Source: a virus
Virus record (IMG/VR): IMGVR_UViG_3300032334_001937
Location: 32,001 to 96,000 of that record
DNA length: 64,000 bases
Direction: 5' to 3' (one strand)
Shown: piece after piece, positions 48,129 through 56,028 of the stretch
Layout of the letters: every line of letters starts with the position of its first letter
Position numbering within the stretch: the first letter of the stretch is position 1
The notes under the pieces: generated by a model
The model's database searches: none
The model's input: only the letters and a program-made list of their open reading frames with translations
What the model was told of the DNA's origin: nothing
Made by a program: the position numbers and the translations under genes

Positions 48129-48779
48129 TTAGTCTTCTACATACATTTCTGCAGTATGGAACTTTTTGTTGTAGTCAAGCATGGTTACAATAGAATATTT
48201 TGTTCCAGAGTGAACTGGCATTGCCTGGTGTGGATACATAAAGTTTGAAGGGAAGATAAATAGATCTCCTGCTTCTGGCTTTATCTTTAAGTCTTGAAGT
48301 CTAAAGTATAGCTCTCCGCCTTCGTAGTCATCGTTTGGATAAGCAACTAATGATACTGTGCAGTTATAAGAGAACCCATGATCATGGTGCTCCTTAAAGT
48401 GCTGACCTGGACCATACTTAATAAAGTTAAATGCTTCCCAGTACTTTAGCTCTCCCAGATTATAGTCTTTGCAGTAATCCTGTACTGCTGGAGCTTGAAC
48501 ATCATAAACATCTTGCCATAGTGACTGTAGAGCAAGTGACTGTGGGCGTGTATCATGTTCAAGATTTTCCTTCTTAAACTTAAAATCAACACAGTCTCTA
48601 TATTCTGGCATTAGCTGACGGTATCCAACATATGCTGGCAACCAGCTATACTTTGTTTCATCTCCAACTTGGCCTAAGTTAGACTCAAGTCTATTAACAA
48701 CATCAATTTCTTTCTTAATTACATTCTTATAGCAATGAATTCCATTACCAAGATTAACTTTGTCAGTCCAAGTGCTCAT
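48129..48779 (-). CDS. 2OG-Fe(II) oxygenase, P4H-like (Lys type)
   Basis: HHD...YPNDDYEGGEL...PHQA...GTKY; close paralog of 49553..50266. Confidence 0.85.
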   Translation of the reverse strand: MSTWTDKVNLGNGIHCYKNVIKKEIDVVNRLESNLGQVGDETKYSWLPAYVGYRQLMPEYRDCVDFKFKKENLEHDTRPQSLALQSLWQDVYDVQAPAVQDYCKDYNLGELKYWEAFNFIKYGPGQHFKEHHDHGFSYNCTVSLVAYPNDDYEGGELYFRLQDLKIKPEAGDLFIFPSNFMYPHQAMPVHSGTKYSIVTMLDYNKKFHTAEMYVED

Positions 48780-48788
48780 TTTTTCTCC

Positions 48789-49556
48789 TTATTTATATTC
48801 TCTTCTTGTCCAAATTTGATTCTTGTAAACACCACCATCGGGTTTACGATAAAAAGTTGCATTCTCTACCATTTTATCATACATATCTTTTTGATTTAGA
48901 ATTTCAACTTCATTTTCCCAGTTTTCTCTCTTAAACGGTAAGATCTGTACGTATGGAGTTCCAGCTGGGATGGTTCCTTCCCAATCTTGTGCGATAAAGA
49001 ATGGAAGACTTCCAATTAATTCAACCTTATCAGAATCAACAACCCCAGTTGTATTCATGAAAGGAAGATCAAACCTATTCATTGGAGTCATAAATAGTGA
49101 ACTATATCCTTCTGGTAGTCCTAGTGACCATTCTGACTGCCAAGCAAAATGTTCTTTATAGAATCCTTTTGGATGCTCAAACTGTGGCATAGGCGGTCTC
49201 TTAGTACAAAAATCTTTATGCTTTTCATCAACTACCTTAACATCAATTTTTCCATTACTATCTTTAAAAAATTGAATATCACATGGAGTTAGTAAAACAT
49301 AACCAGTTGAAAATCCATCCATAATAGCAGGACATGCTTTCCAGGTAGGAACCTTGCCATAATCATTTGTTGTTCCTTCTTTTGGAAAAGGACAAACCTG
49401 ATTATTTGCTGGAAAGTATTCCCCTGTGTAAGGATTCTTTGCAAATCTATCTGCATCTTTATACCAATCTGGAATTACCTTTTGTGTAGGCAATGGTACA
49501 GAAATACTATCTTTTTTTAACCAAGGACGAAAAGCTTTAAATATTACTTTGTTCAT
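48789..49556 (-). CDS. DUF6065-related / dUTPase-fold protein
   Basis: IPDWYK, TWKACPAIMDGFSTGY, GVVDSD, IPAGTPYVQILPF. Confidence 0.55.
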   Translation of the reverse strand: MNKVIFKAFRPWLKKDSISVPLPTQKVIPDWYKDADRFAKNPYTGEYFPANNQVCPFPKEGTTNDYGKVPTWKACPAIMDGFSTGYVLLTPCDIQFFKDSNGKIDVKVVDEKHKDFCTKRPPMPQFEHPKGFYKEHFAWQSEWSLGLPEGYSSLFMTPMNRFDLPFMNTTGVVDSDKVELIGSLPFFIAQDWEGTIPAGTPYVQILPFKRENWENEVEILNQKDMYDKMVENATFYRKPDGGVYKNQIWTRREYK

Positions 49557-50266
49557 TTATGACTTAACTCATTAATATCTGTCATAATAACAACACAATA
49601 TTTTGTGCCAGATTCCATTGGAAGGGATGCATGCTCATAGATATAGTTTGAAGGGAATACTGCAATATCTCCAACCTTTGGCTTGTATACTAAATTATCA
49701 AGTCTTGGAAACTTTAAGTCTCCTCCAACATAGTCATCATTAATGTAGATAACAGCAGACACTGTGCAGTTATATGCTGGACCGTGATCTGCGTGAATAT
49801 TGAAGTGTGTACCTTCACCCTCATATTTTACAAAATTAAATGCTTCATAGTAAACAACATTAATGCCCCAATAACGTGCATAGTCATCTATACAAACCTT
49901 TAGCTTTTGATAAATCTCTTCATGTAGGTCAACAAGCTCTGCATTTGATTCATCCTTTGGTCCAAGGTCAGATTGCTTGTATTTAAAATCAACACAATCT
50001 CTAGCCTTTTTAATTGGAGTGGTAGAGTTGGTTACTTGAGCTTCATTCCATTTATACTTTTTGCCTCCTGAAAGATTTGACTCAAGCACATTGATATAAC
50101 GCTTTGAGTCTTCTTCAGAAAAAACATTATGGTAAACATTTAGGCCTAATCCTGGATTACTAACAGATATCCCTTTATCAGGCAAGGCTCTTGCTACTCT
50201 GCTAGAAGCAGTCTCTGATCTATCCTTAGTAAACCATGGATTTTCGTTTTCATTATATATATCCAT
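49553..50266 (-). CDS. 2OG-Fe(II) oxygenase, P4H-like (Lys type)
   Basis: HAD...YINDDYVGGDL...EHAS...GTKY. Confidence 0.85.
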   Translation of the reverse strand: MDIYNENENPWFTKDRSETASSRVARALPDKGISVSNPGLGLNVYHNVFSEEDSKRYINVLESNLSGGKKYKWNEAQVTNSTTPIKKARDCVDFKYKQSDLGPKDESNAELVDLHEEIYQKLKVCIDDYARYWGINVVYYEAFNFVKYEGEGTHFNIHADHGPAYNCTVSAVIYINDDYVGGDLKFPRLDNLVYKPKVGDIAVFPSNYIYEHASLPMESGTKYCVVIMTDINELSHK

Positions 50267-50297
50267 TTATCCCCCGTGTAATTTAGCTATATGTAAA

Positions 50298-50329
50298 AGT
50301 ATATCATATAAGAGGAAATACTGTATAAT
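50298..50329. promoter_or_regulatory. back-to-back divergent promoters
   Basis: Minus strand TGATATACT at 50306-50298; plus strand TATAAT at 50324-50329, 6 nt before ATG 50336. Confidence 0.65.
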
Positions 50330-50335
50330 CTTTAT

Positions 50336-51253
50336 ATGAAGACTATATATGTTTCAATAGCAGCATACAATGAGCCACACCTTGACCTTATGCTATCAAA
50401 TTGTTTAGAAAATGCAGAATACCCAGAGCGTGTACATTTTGGAATTTGGTGTCACTATAATGATAATACCAGGCCTAATTTTGATAAATATAAAAATGTA
50501 ATGCATGCATTTACAGATTACCCCGCAATGCTTGGACTTTGTATTGGCAGGTTAAACTCTTTGTCTTTTTATAATGGAGAAGACTATTGCCTTCAACTTG
50601 ATGCTCATATGCTTTTTGAAAAAAATTGGGATACAAAAATAATTAATGCTTTTGAAGAAATAAAAAGGGAACATGAAAAACCAATCATATCAACCTATGT
50701 TCCTTGGTGGTCAATATCAAATAATATAATTAATTATTACAGTAATGATGCAAATGTGTATTGCTCTCCAATGATTATAAATAAAGCTATTGGAAATGGC
50801 GAAGGATACCCAAAACTTACAACAGAACATTTTCCCTGGGATAAAGAGGTTTATAAAGAACATGCACTAGTCACTGGTCATTTTATATTTTCTGAACCAT
50901 CTGTACTTGAAGATGTATCTCCAGATCCACAAGTAATGTTTGGTGGAGATGAAATAACATTAGCATTAAGACTTTGGACAAGAGGCTATAGAATTTTTAC
51001 CATCAAAAATCCAATAGTTTGGCATTTAAATAAATTTGATGGTGATCTATACTCAAAAGATCGTTTAATGAGAGCAGAAACCCCAGGAAGAGAAACAGAG
51101 CTTCATGGCAAAAGAAGTTATACCAGTATGCAAAGAGTAAAAAATATTTTAACTGGTAAAATACTTGGTTATTGGGGAGCTCCAACAATAGAAAAATTAA
51201 AAGAATTTGAAAAAGTAATTGATCTTGATTTTAATAAGTTTTATGAAGGTTAA
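50336..51253 (+). CDS. glycosyltransferase, Skp1 hydroxyproline GlcNAc-transferase (Gnt1/GT60)-like
   Basis: IYVSIAAYNEP...AEYPERVHFGI...GR...YNGEDYCLQLDAHMLFEKNWD...FGGDEITLALRLWTRGY match the GT60-like motif pattern. Confidence 0.75.
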   Translation: MKTIYVSIAAYNEPHLDLMLSNCLENAEYPERVHFGIWCHYNDNTRPNFDKYKNVMHAFTDYPAMLGLCIGRLNSLSFYNGEDYCLQLDAHMLFEKNWDTKIINAFEEIKREHEKPIISTYVPWWSISNNIINYYSNDANVYCSPMIINKAIGNGEGYPKLTTEHFPWDKEVYKEHALVTGHFIFSEPSVLEDVSPDPQVMFGGDEITLALRLWTRGYRIFTIKNPIVWHLNKFDGDLYSKDRLMRAETPGRETELHGKRSYTSMQRVKNILTGKILGYWGAPTIEKLKEFEKVIDLDFNKFYEG

Positions 51254-51819
51254 AGAGCATATTCTTTAGAAGATATCCACATTGGGATAGCATATCTTGT
51301 TTTATTAATTTTATCTATCTCATGAGCAAAAATTTTTCCTTCAGATGGAAAAAATACAAAATCTCCTACTTTTGGATTATACTCAAAATCAGCAAACGGA
51401 AACCTCAATATACCTGTATCCTCTAATGAGTTCAGATATATGATTCCACTGTACATAAACTGTGGATTAATGCCTTTATCTACGTCTTCGTGTAATCGTA
51501 ATACTGATCCTGGACAATGCTTAGAGAACCATAGGTTTGATACTGCTATATCTGTTTTATTATAAAATTTACCTATTTGATTAATTACCCTTGGAAAAAT
51601 TTTATCTTTAAAATAGTGATTAAGATGATTATGCTTGCTAAAGTCTTCAAAAGAGTTTTGAAACAAAAAATCTTTTCCATACTTTAAAGCATATCTTTTA
51701 TTGTTTTGGGTTGATTCAAAAACTTCTAAATTATTTTCAATAAAGTCTATAATGCGAGAAGCCTCATCTTCCGTTATAAAGTTATTTATAACTTGGATGA
51801 GGCCCCCCGACTGACTCAT
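51250..51819 (-). CDS. 2OG-Fe(II) oxygenase, P4H-like (Arg type)
   Basis: HED...IIYLN...AHEI...TRY; starts 8 nt after the stop of the repeat-tailed gene. Confidence 0.8.
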   Translation of the reverse strand: MSQSGGLIQVINNFITEDEASRIIDFIENNLEVFESTQNNKRYALKYGKDFLFQNSFEDFSKHNHLNHYFKDKIFPRVINQIGKFYNKTDIAVSNLWFSKHCPGSVLRLHEDVDKGINPQFMYSGIIYLNSLEDTGILRFPFADFEYNPKVGDFVFFPSEGKIFAHEIDKINKTRYAIPMWISSKEYAL

Positions 51820-51827
51820 GCTACTTC

Positions 51828-52055
51828 TTAGAATCTTGTATCACGGAAGTACGGTGGTACGAAGTAAGGGAAGTACGGACCGAAGCTTGGTGGGAAGAAC
51901 GGGAAGAACGGTGGGAAGAACGGGAAGTACGGGAAGTACGGTGGGAAGAATGGGAAGTACGGTGGGAAGAACGGGAAGTACGGGAAGTACGGTGGGAAGA
52001 ATGGGAAGAATGGAGGGAAGAATGGGAAAAATGGTGGGAAGAATGGAAAGAACGG
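51828..52055 (-). repeat. Pro/Phe/Tyr coding tandem repeat, copy 2
   Basis: Tandem 9- and 12-nt units (plus strand ggaagaacg / ggaagtacg / ggtgggaagaa), all in frame. Confidence 0.9.
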
Positions 52056-52676
52056 TGCAATAGTAGTAACACTAGATGTAGTAGTTGATGCTGAAGTTCC
52101 TAGAGCATTGATAGCAACAATTGTATATGTTTGAGCAGCTGGTGATGCAGCAGAAGGTGTATTATCAGCAGCATCATAGGAAGTTGCTGAACCAGAAATT
52201 CCAGTAAAGTTTCCTCCATCAGATGAAGTAATTGTATATGATGTAATAGCACTACCACCAGTTGCAGGAGCAGTCCAGCTAATCCGATTAAGGTTTGCAG
52301 AAACTGTAGTTGCGCTCACTGACTGTGGTGTTTGTGGTACTGTGGTAATAGCAATTGCAGAAGAAGGATCAGAAGCTTGTGATGTTCCAGCTGCGTTTGT
52401 TGCTGTTACTGTAAAAGTTACAGATGCATTAGCAGTAATACCAGACACAGTAACTGGAGAAGAAGCTCCAGTTCCAGTTTGACCTGTGCTTGCTGTTACT
52501 GTAAAGGATGTTGCAGCAGGGGATAGCACAGGTAAAGAGAAGGAAACAGTTGCTTGACCATCACCATAAGCACGACCTGTTCCTGTATTAGTTGCAGATA
52601 CGCCTGTAGGCTTTAGTGGCTCCAAGAAATCGTTTGATGCCTGGGAGTGTCTTCCTGCTTTTTTACCTGATGCCAT
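51828..52676 (-). CDS. two-FN3-domain protein with 75-aa Pro/Phe/Tyr repeat tail
   Basis: FN3 signatures (PTGVSAT, FTVTATNAAGTS, ISWTAPATGGSAITSY, YTIVAINALG), then (P)P[FY]F repeats ending RDTRF. Confidence 0.8.
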   Translation of the reverse strand: MASGKKAGRHSQASNDFLEPLKPTGVSATNTGTGRAYGDGQATVSFSLPVLSPAATSFTVTASTGQTGTGASSPVTVSGITANASVTFTVTATNAAGTSQASDPSSAIAITTVPQTPQSVSATTVSANLNRISWTAPATGGSAITSYTITSSDGGNFTGISGSATSYDAADNTPSAASPAAQTYTIVAINALGTSASTTTSSVTTIAPFFPFFPPFFPFFPPFFPFFPPYFPYFPFFPPYFPFFPPYFPYFPFFPPFFPFFPPSFGPYFPYFVPPYFRDTRF

Positions 52677-52698
52677 TTTATATCCCCTTAATAGTTTC

Positions 52699-55512
52699 TT
52701 ATGCTGTCAAGTCGCCGTAAACAACCCATGTATTTGTAGCTCTCTTGAAAAGAGTTGCAGATGACCATTGAGTTCTTAGCTTTAGACCTGGTGTTGCGTT
52801 TACTGTAACTCCAGTATCTCCTGCGATTGTTACCTGACCTGTTGAAGTCTGAAGGATATCAATTGATGTTCCGACTGGATAAGCAACTGCTGAGTTTGTT
52901 GGAATTGTGATAGTTGTTCCTGATGAAGATGCTACTTCAACAAGGCTATCTCTTTCTGTAAGTGATGAAAGTGTGTATGATGCTGTCTTCTGTACGATTG
53001 GTGTCCGTGAAGGAACGCCTTCCTTTGTCTGTGTACCGTCTGTAAATGCCACTCCAGATGCTGCAACTGTTACAAGACCTGTAAATGTTGGAGCATTGAT
53101 TGGTGACTTAGCAGCAAGGTCAGATGTTAAACCTGAAATCTTTGACTGTGCAATTGCTGCTGATGCGTTTACATCTGCATCTACGATTGCTCCATCAGCG
53201 ATCATTGCTGAAGTAACTCCACCAGTTGCAATATCAAGTGTTCCTGGTGTAGATTCTGTTAGACCAGAACCTGCTGTTACAGCCTTAGCAGCGTTGTATG
53301 CTACGTAGGTAATATTGCTTGAACCAATTGTGATTGCTGATGTGTTAGAACATACGTAACCGTATCCTGCACCAGCTGTACCTTCAAGTACGAGACAGAA
53401 GTCTCCGCCTGCAAGCTCACCTGATGGAGTATTATCTGCATCAGCTGCACGAGACCATGTTGAAGCATTTACAACGTAGATACCGTTTGTCTTCTGGTCT
53501 GTCTGGTCCTTAACAAGAACACGGTCACCAGCAATTACTGATACTCCGTCAATTGTCTGTGTTCCGCTTAGTGTAATATTTGCTGTTGTAGCAACACGAA
53601 CTGGCTGGTGGAAGTTAATTCCAGAAACTACGTTATCAACGTATGCCTTTGTTGCTGCATGTAGGTCTGCTGATGGAGCACCTGCAAGAGTAAGATCTCC
53701 TGTCATTGTTCCGCCAGACTTTGACAACTTAGCATCAAGCTGTGTTTGAATTGCTGATGTTACACCGTCAACATAGCCAATTTCAGTAGCTGAAACATTT
53801 CCAATTGAAGTAGTACTTGGAAGAACTACAGTTCCTGTAAATGTTGGGTCTGCCTTTGGAGCCTTAAGATCAAGTGCTGTCTGTGTAGCAGTTGAAACTG
53901 GCTTATTTGTATCTGATGTGTTGTCAGCATTTCCAAGACCAACATCTGACTTTGTAATACCAGTTGGTGTATTAATAACTGGTGATGTTAAAGTCTTGTT
54001 TGTAAGAGTTTCTGTCTTAGTTGCAGTTGACTTAGCATCAAGCTGTGTCTGGATTGCAGAAGTAACACCATCAAGGTATCCAATTTCTGTGTCAGAAACA
54101 CCTGAAACTACTGCTTGCTTTCCATTAAGCTGTGTTTGGATAGAAGATGTAACTCCATCAACATATCCAAGCTCTGTTGCAGATACTGTTGAAGATACTG
54201 CTAGCTTTGTCCAGTCAATCGCAGCTGATGCATTAATGTCAGCGTTTACGATTGTGTCATTAGCAATCATTGTGCTTGTGACTGTACCTGTATCTGTTGT
54301 TGCAACAAGGTTAGCTGTATTTGAAATTCCGTGAACAGCAGTTGTATCTGAGTTATGTGTGCCAATTGCATCATCAGCATAAGTCTTTGTTGCTACTGTT
54401 GAGTCAATATCAATTGTAAGTGTGTTTGATGCGTCATCGTAGTTATGCTGTAGTCCAGTACCTGAATTTAATGCACCAGCAATTGAGTCAACTGCAAGTT
54501 CACCAACATACTCTGAGTCAATGGCAAAACGATCATTGTCTGCATCCCAAGAAAGTCCTGTACCAACAAGGCCAGGGTAATCATTTGATACTCCACTAAC
54601 AGCACTTGATACATAATCTTGTGTTGCAAGTGTTCCGCTTGCATCTGGAAGTGTAACTGTTCTATCTGCAGTTGGATCTATTACTGAAAGTGTAGTTTCA
54701 AAACCATCTGCTGTTGCACCTTCAAAAATTACCTGGTTATTTACGTTAATAGCTGTGCTGTTTACTGTAGTTGTAGTACCGTTTACAGTTAGGTTACCAG
54801 AAAGTGTTAAATCTGCTGCATTAACAGTACCTGTAAATGTTGGGTTTGCCTTTGGTGCTTTAAGATCAAGAGCTGTTTGTGCAGCTGATGAAACTGGCTT
54901 ATTTGCGTCAGATGTATTATCTACGTTGCCAAGACCTACTGAAGACTTTGTAAGTGCTGCAACTGCAGTTGATACTGCTCCGTCAGCATAAGTCTTTGTA
55001 GCAAGTGCTGAAGTATCAGCGATTCCATGAATATTAGTTGTATCTGCTTCGTGGTTTGAAAGAGCAGTATTTGAAGCCTTTGCATCAAGAGCAGTTTGTG
55101 TTGCTGTTGAGACTGGCTTATTAGCATCTGAAGTATTGTCTACATTGCCAAGTCCAACGTGTGACTTTGTAACACCAGAAACTGTTCCTGTAAATGTTGG
55201 GTTAGCCTTTGGAGCCTTAAGGTCAAGGCTTGTTGAAAGTGTTGTAAAGAATGCTGGATCATCATTGATTGCTGCTGCAAGTTCATTAAGAGTATTTAAT
55301 GCTCCTGGTGCTCCATCAATAAGGTCATTAATTCCTGCAAGTGCACTTTCAGCATCTGTGAAGTAAGTAAGGTCAGCCCAGTGATTTGTGCCATCACCAA
55401 TCTTAAATTTATTTGTGTCTGATTCCCAGCCGATTTCTCCTGCGTTGAGAATTGGGTTAGCGCCTGACCACTGTGATGCGGTTCCTCTGCGCTGTTGCAT
55501 TCTAGTTGCCAT
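52699..55512 (-). CDS. long fibre protein (Mtd/hyaluronidase-like N terminus, internal repeats)
   Basis: MQQRRGTASQW..ANPIL..GEIGWESDT.KFKIGDG; 3x VGLGNxDNTSDxNKPVS, 3x KAPKAxPTFTG, 3x ExGYxDGVTSxIQTQL. Confidence 0.8.
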   Translation of the reverse strand: MATRMQQRRGTASQWSGANPILNAGEIGWESDTNKFKIGDGTNHWADLTYFTDAESALAGINDLIDGAPGALNTLNELAAAINDDPAFFTTLSTSLDLKAPKANPTFTGTVSGVTKSHVGLGNVDNTSDANKPVSTATQTALDAKASNTALSNHEADTTNIHGIADTSALATKTYADGAVSTAVAALTKSSVGLGNVDNTSDANKPVSSAAQTALDLKAPKANPTFTGTVNAADLTLSGNLTVNGTTTTVNSTAINVNNQVIFEGATADGFETTLSVIDPTADRTVTLPDASGTLATQDYVSSAVSGVSNDYPGLVGTGLSWDADNDRFAIDSEYVGELAVDSIAGALNSGTGLQHNYDDASNTLTIDIDSTVATKTYADDAIGTHNSDTTAVHGISNTANLVATTDTGTVTSTMIANDTIVNADINASAAIDWTKLAVSSTVSATELGYVDGVTSSIQTQLNGKQAVVSGVSDTEIGYLDGVTSAIQTQLDAKSTATKTETLTNKTLTSPVINTPTGITKSDVGLGNADNTSDTNKPVSTATQTALDLKAPKADPTFTGTVVLPSTTSIGNVSATEIGYVDGVTSAIQTQLDAKLSKSGGTMTGDLTLAGAPSADLHAATKAYVDNVVSGINFHQPVRVATTANITLSGTQTIDGVSVIAGDRVLVKDQTDQKTNGIYVVNASTWSRAADADNTPSGELAGGDFCLVLEGTAGAGYGYVCSNTSAITIGSSNITYVAYNAAKAVTAGSGLTESTPGTLDIATGGVTSAMIADGAIVDADVNASAAIAQSKISGLTSDLAAKSPINAPTFTGLVTVAASGVAFTDGTQTKEGVPSRTPIVQKTASYTLSSLTERDSLVEVASSSGTTITIPTNSAVAYPVGTSIDILQTSTGQVTIAGDTGVTVNATPGLKLRTQWSSATLFKRATNTWVVYGDLTA

Positions 55513-55552
55513 TTACTACTCCTTTGGTGTTGTGTATATTATATCAGATAAT

Positions 55553-56011
55553 TTAGTTAAAATTATCCAATGAAATTCCGCCGTCCCATGTTTGGGACCA
55601 GACATTTGTATTATAAACGCCTGCTTCTACAAGCGCTCCTGCTTCGTTATACGTTCCACCCTGTACAAAAATACTTACTATCAAACCAGATCCATCAATT
55701 GAAGTATCGTGAATATGGTCTTGTAGTGTTTGTGAATCTTGAAGTGTTGCTACTGCTACCCAAGCTGAATTTAAATACATATGCAATCTATTTGTGATTG
55801 TATCTATGTACAAAGCGCCTTCATCAGGTGTAGCAGGTGCTTCAGCTAAAACAGGAACGGTTACTGAACCTGTTAAAGCATCTACGTAGTCTTTTGTTGT
55901 TGCATGATCTCCAAGGGTAGGAGTGGCAACAGTAACTGTTCCTCCAAATGTACCGCCGTTTGCAACGACCAGCCCATTCTTTACTTTAAAGTCTTTGTCT
56001 ACTGTTGCCAT
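55553..56011 (-). CDS. short fibre/decoration protein
   Basis: N terminus MATVDKDFKVKNGLVV shared with 56029..57873; HATTKDYVD fibre motif. Confidence 0.65.
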   Translation of the reverse strand: MATVDKDFKVKNGLVVANGGTFGGTVTVATPTLGDHATTKDYVDALTGSVTVPVLAEAPATPDEGALYIDTITNRLHMYLNSAWVAVATLQDSQTLQDHIHDTSIDGSGLIVSIFVQGGTYNEAGALVEAGVYNTNVWSQTWDGGISLDNFN

Positions 56012-56028
56012 CTCTTACTCCTCGTTAA

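Noticed and set aside
43352-51819. TET/JBP-type DNA base hypermodification cluster
   Set aside because: The motifs are P4H-like (YLNDDYEGGE), there is no adjacent DNA methylase or nucleotide kinase, and a Pro-rich protein is adjacent; not fully excluded without nucleoside analysis
12701-51913. Diversity-generating retroelement (TR/VR pair) explaining the duplicated C-terminal DNA
   Set aside because: No reverse transcriptase in the window, both copies are coding gene ends, and the few differences are synonymous rather than adenine-specific diversification
51828-52055. CRISPR array
   Set aside because: Short tandem 9/12-nt units without unique spacers, in frame within a CDS; the Cas4-like gene is a typical stand-alone phage nuclease
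51818-52072. Alternative-frame ORFs over the repeat (His/Ser/Arg-rich 51821..52072, Gly/Arg/Thr-rich 51818..52063, also 12688..12948)
   Set aside because: Stop-free frames are an automatic result of the low-complexity repeat; no SD or promoter; the Pro/Phe frame continues the FN3 gene
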